A stretch of DNA of 64,000 bases. Source: Candidatus Latescibacterota bacterium (lineage in GTDB: Bacteria; Latescibacterota; UBA2968; GCA-2709665). The stretch lies in NCBI GenBank assembly GCA_965219455.1, contig OZ244744.1, forward strand, positions 896,001-960,000, written 5' to 3'. The position numbers and the translations under genes are program-made. Below the pieces are notes generated by a model. It was not told where the DNA came from and made no database searches. It saw only the letters and a list, made by a program, of their open reading frames with translations. Each line of letters starts with the position of its first letter. Within the stretch, counting starts at the first letter, position 1. Below are positions 62,739 through 64,000 of the stretch, one piece after another.

Positions 62739-64000
62739 CTAGTTTGATTCCGTTTGTTGGCCGAAGTTCTTTGCGAATATCAGAAAGTCCGAGAATCCCA
62801 CCTCGCCGTCGCCGTCCAGATCGAAACGTGCATCAAATCGCAGGTCGCCGCGGCTAAACCCGAAATTCGCAGCAAACTGAACGAAGTCTGCGAAGCGGAC
62901 GGCGCCATCGCCATCGAAATCGGGATTTGGGGTTTGAGTTACCCGGTATGGCGTCAGATCCCACCTCAGAATGGTACCGTCATAAGACCCCGACGCGAGG
63001 GCCTTGCCGTCGGGCGTAAACGACACGCTGGTGACGTAGCTGTTGTGCCCTAAAAAGGTAGCGATGATTTCACCGGTGGACATGTCGTATAGCCTGACCA
63101 GGTCTCCAAACGTGCCAACGGCGAACATCGTCATGTCGGGGGAGAATGCCACGCAATTGGGCCACTTTGCTTTATGCGTGGCAGTAGGACGGCCTGTCGC
63201 CAGGTCCCACAGCTTAACGGAATCGTCGCGTGACCCGGTAGCCAATGAGGTCCCATTCTGAGAAAAGGCCATCGATAGAACCTGCCCGGAATGTCCTTCA
63301 AGGTCGCGGGCGGAGGTCCCACTCTCTACGTCCCACAGTCTGACGTCCCCGCCGTGCGTCCCTGCAGCCAGTGATGCGCCGTTCGGCGAAAAAAGCAGCG
63401 ACGTGACCGAAGTATTCAGCCCCGTGAACCTGTCGATATTGGTTACGGTATTCGGGATCCAGAGGTAGACGTTTCCTTCTTCATCCCCTGAAGCGAGGGT
63501 CGTCCCATCGGGTGAAAAGGACACCTGTCGGACGGCGAAGCTGTGCGGGAGGGAGTTGGTGCGGCTGTGTGTGTCCAGGTTCCACAGCCGGACCGTCTTG
63601 TCCTGTGACGCGGAAGCAAGCGTTGTCCCATCGGGCGAAAAGAAAATGAACCGATTCGACCGAATCCATGTCCGACAAGTGCGGCGGCCAGGCGCCCCGT
63701 CGCAGCGTCCCAAATGTTGACGACTCCTTTGTATGCATCGGAATGGGAAGCCACCGTTGCGCCGTCCGGCGAAATCGCCAGAGCGGAAACCAATCCCAGA
63801 TGGCCGGAAATGGTGGTGAAATTCCCGGTCTTGTAGTCCCACAAAAAGACGTTTCCGTCATCGGATGCGGTTGCGAGGGTCGCGCCATCAGGAGAATACG
63901 CAATCGCGCGTACCTCGCCTTTATGGCGGTCAAACGTGGCGATTCTTTGCCGTGTCATGGCGTCCCAAACCGGGACCGAACCATTATATGTCCCGTATGC
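62739..64000 (-). pseudogene. Second WD40-dockerin gene (5' end outside window), frameshifted near 63640
   Basis: WD40 repeats continue from ORF 63443-63958 into ORF 62739-63842; one T is missing in TCT-TTT-TCG. Confidence 0.7.

Overview
GC-rich bacterial chromosomal window. Its gene content suggests an FCB-superphylum / Latescibacterota-like organism, possibly a sponge or marine symbiont (inference from WD40-dockerin proteins, PhyH, a heparinase-like protein and an FlgD/LTD protein). 1-11.6 kb: sugar-acid and amine catabolism (aldo/keto reductase, heparinase II/III-like protein, two uxuA paralogues, solA-like oxidase, DMFase-beta-like protein). 11.8-16.3 kb: a visibly AT-richer aapJQMP ABC transporter. 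16.3-42.6 kb: housekeeping genes (fabZ, skp, bamA, clpC, lolD, lysS, prfB with its +1 frameshift, lolA, ftsK, tsaD, DAACS symporter, XPB helicase, UbiA/DGGGPS-like prenyltransferase, ligA), with two MITE families in the intergenic spaces. After tRNA-Ala(GGC) lies a ~16 kb defence island. It holds a type I R-M system (hsdM, MNT-hsdS fusion, hsdR) whose interior carries a HEPN gene, two uncharacterised nuclease-like genes, a TIR + 3-TM gene pair, broken toxin-antitoxin modules, and is followed by a RAYT transposase with REPs. The most unusual signal is a family of palindromic elements ending ACCCTCACCC...GGGTGAGGGT. It occurs as a 513-bp form encoding a DUF559/Vsr-like endonuclease inserted in frame inside hsdM, and as shorter non-coding or in-frame forms in hsdM, hsdR, hicB and intergenic DNA. 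The window ends with PhyH and two WD40-dockerin genes. All protein family calls are from motif recognition by eye; no database search was run.
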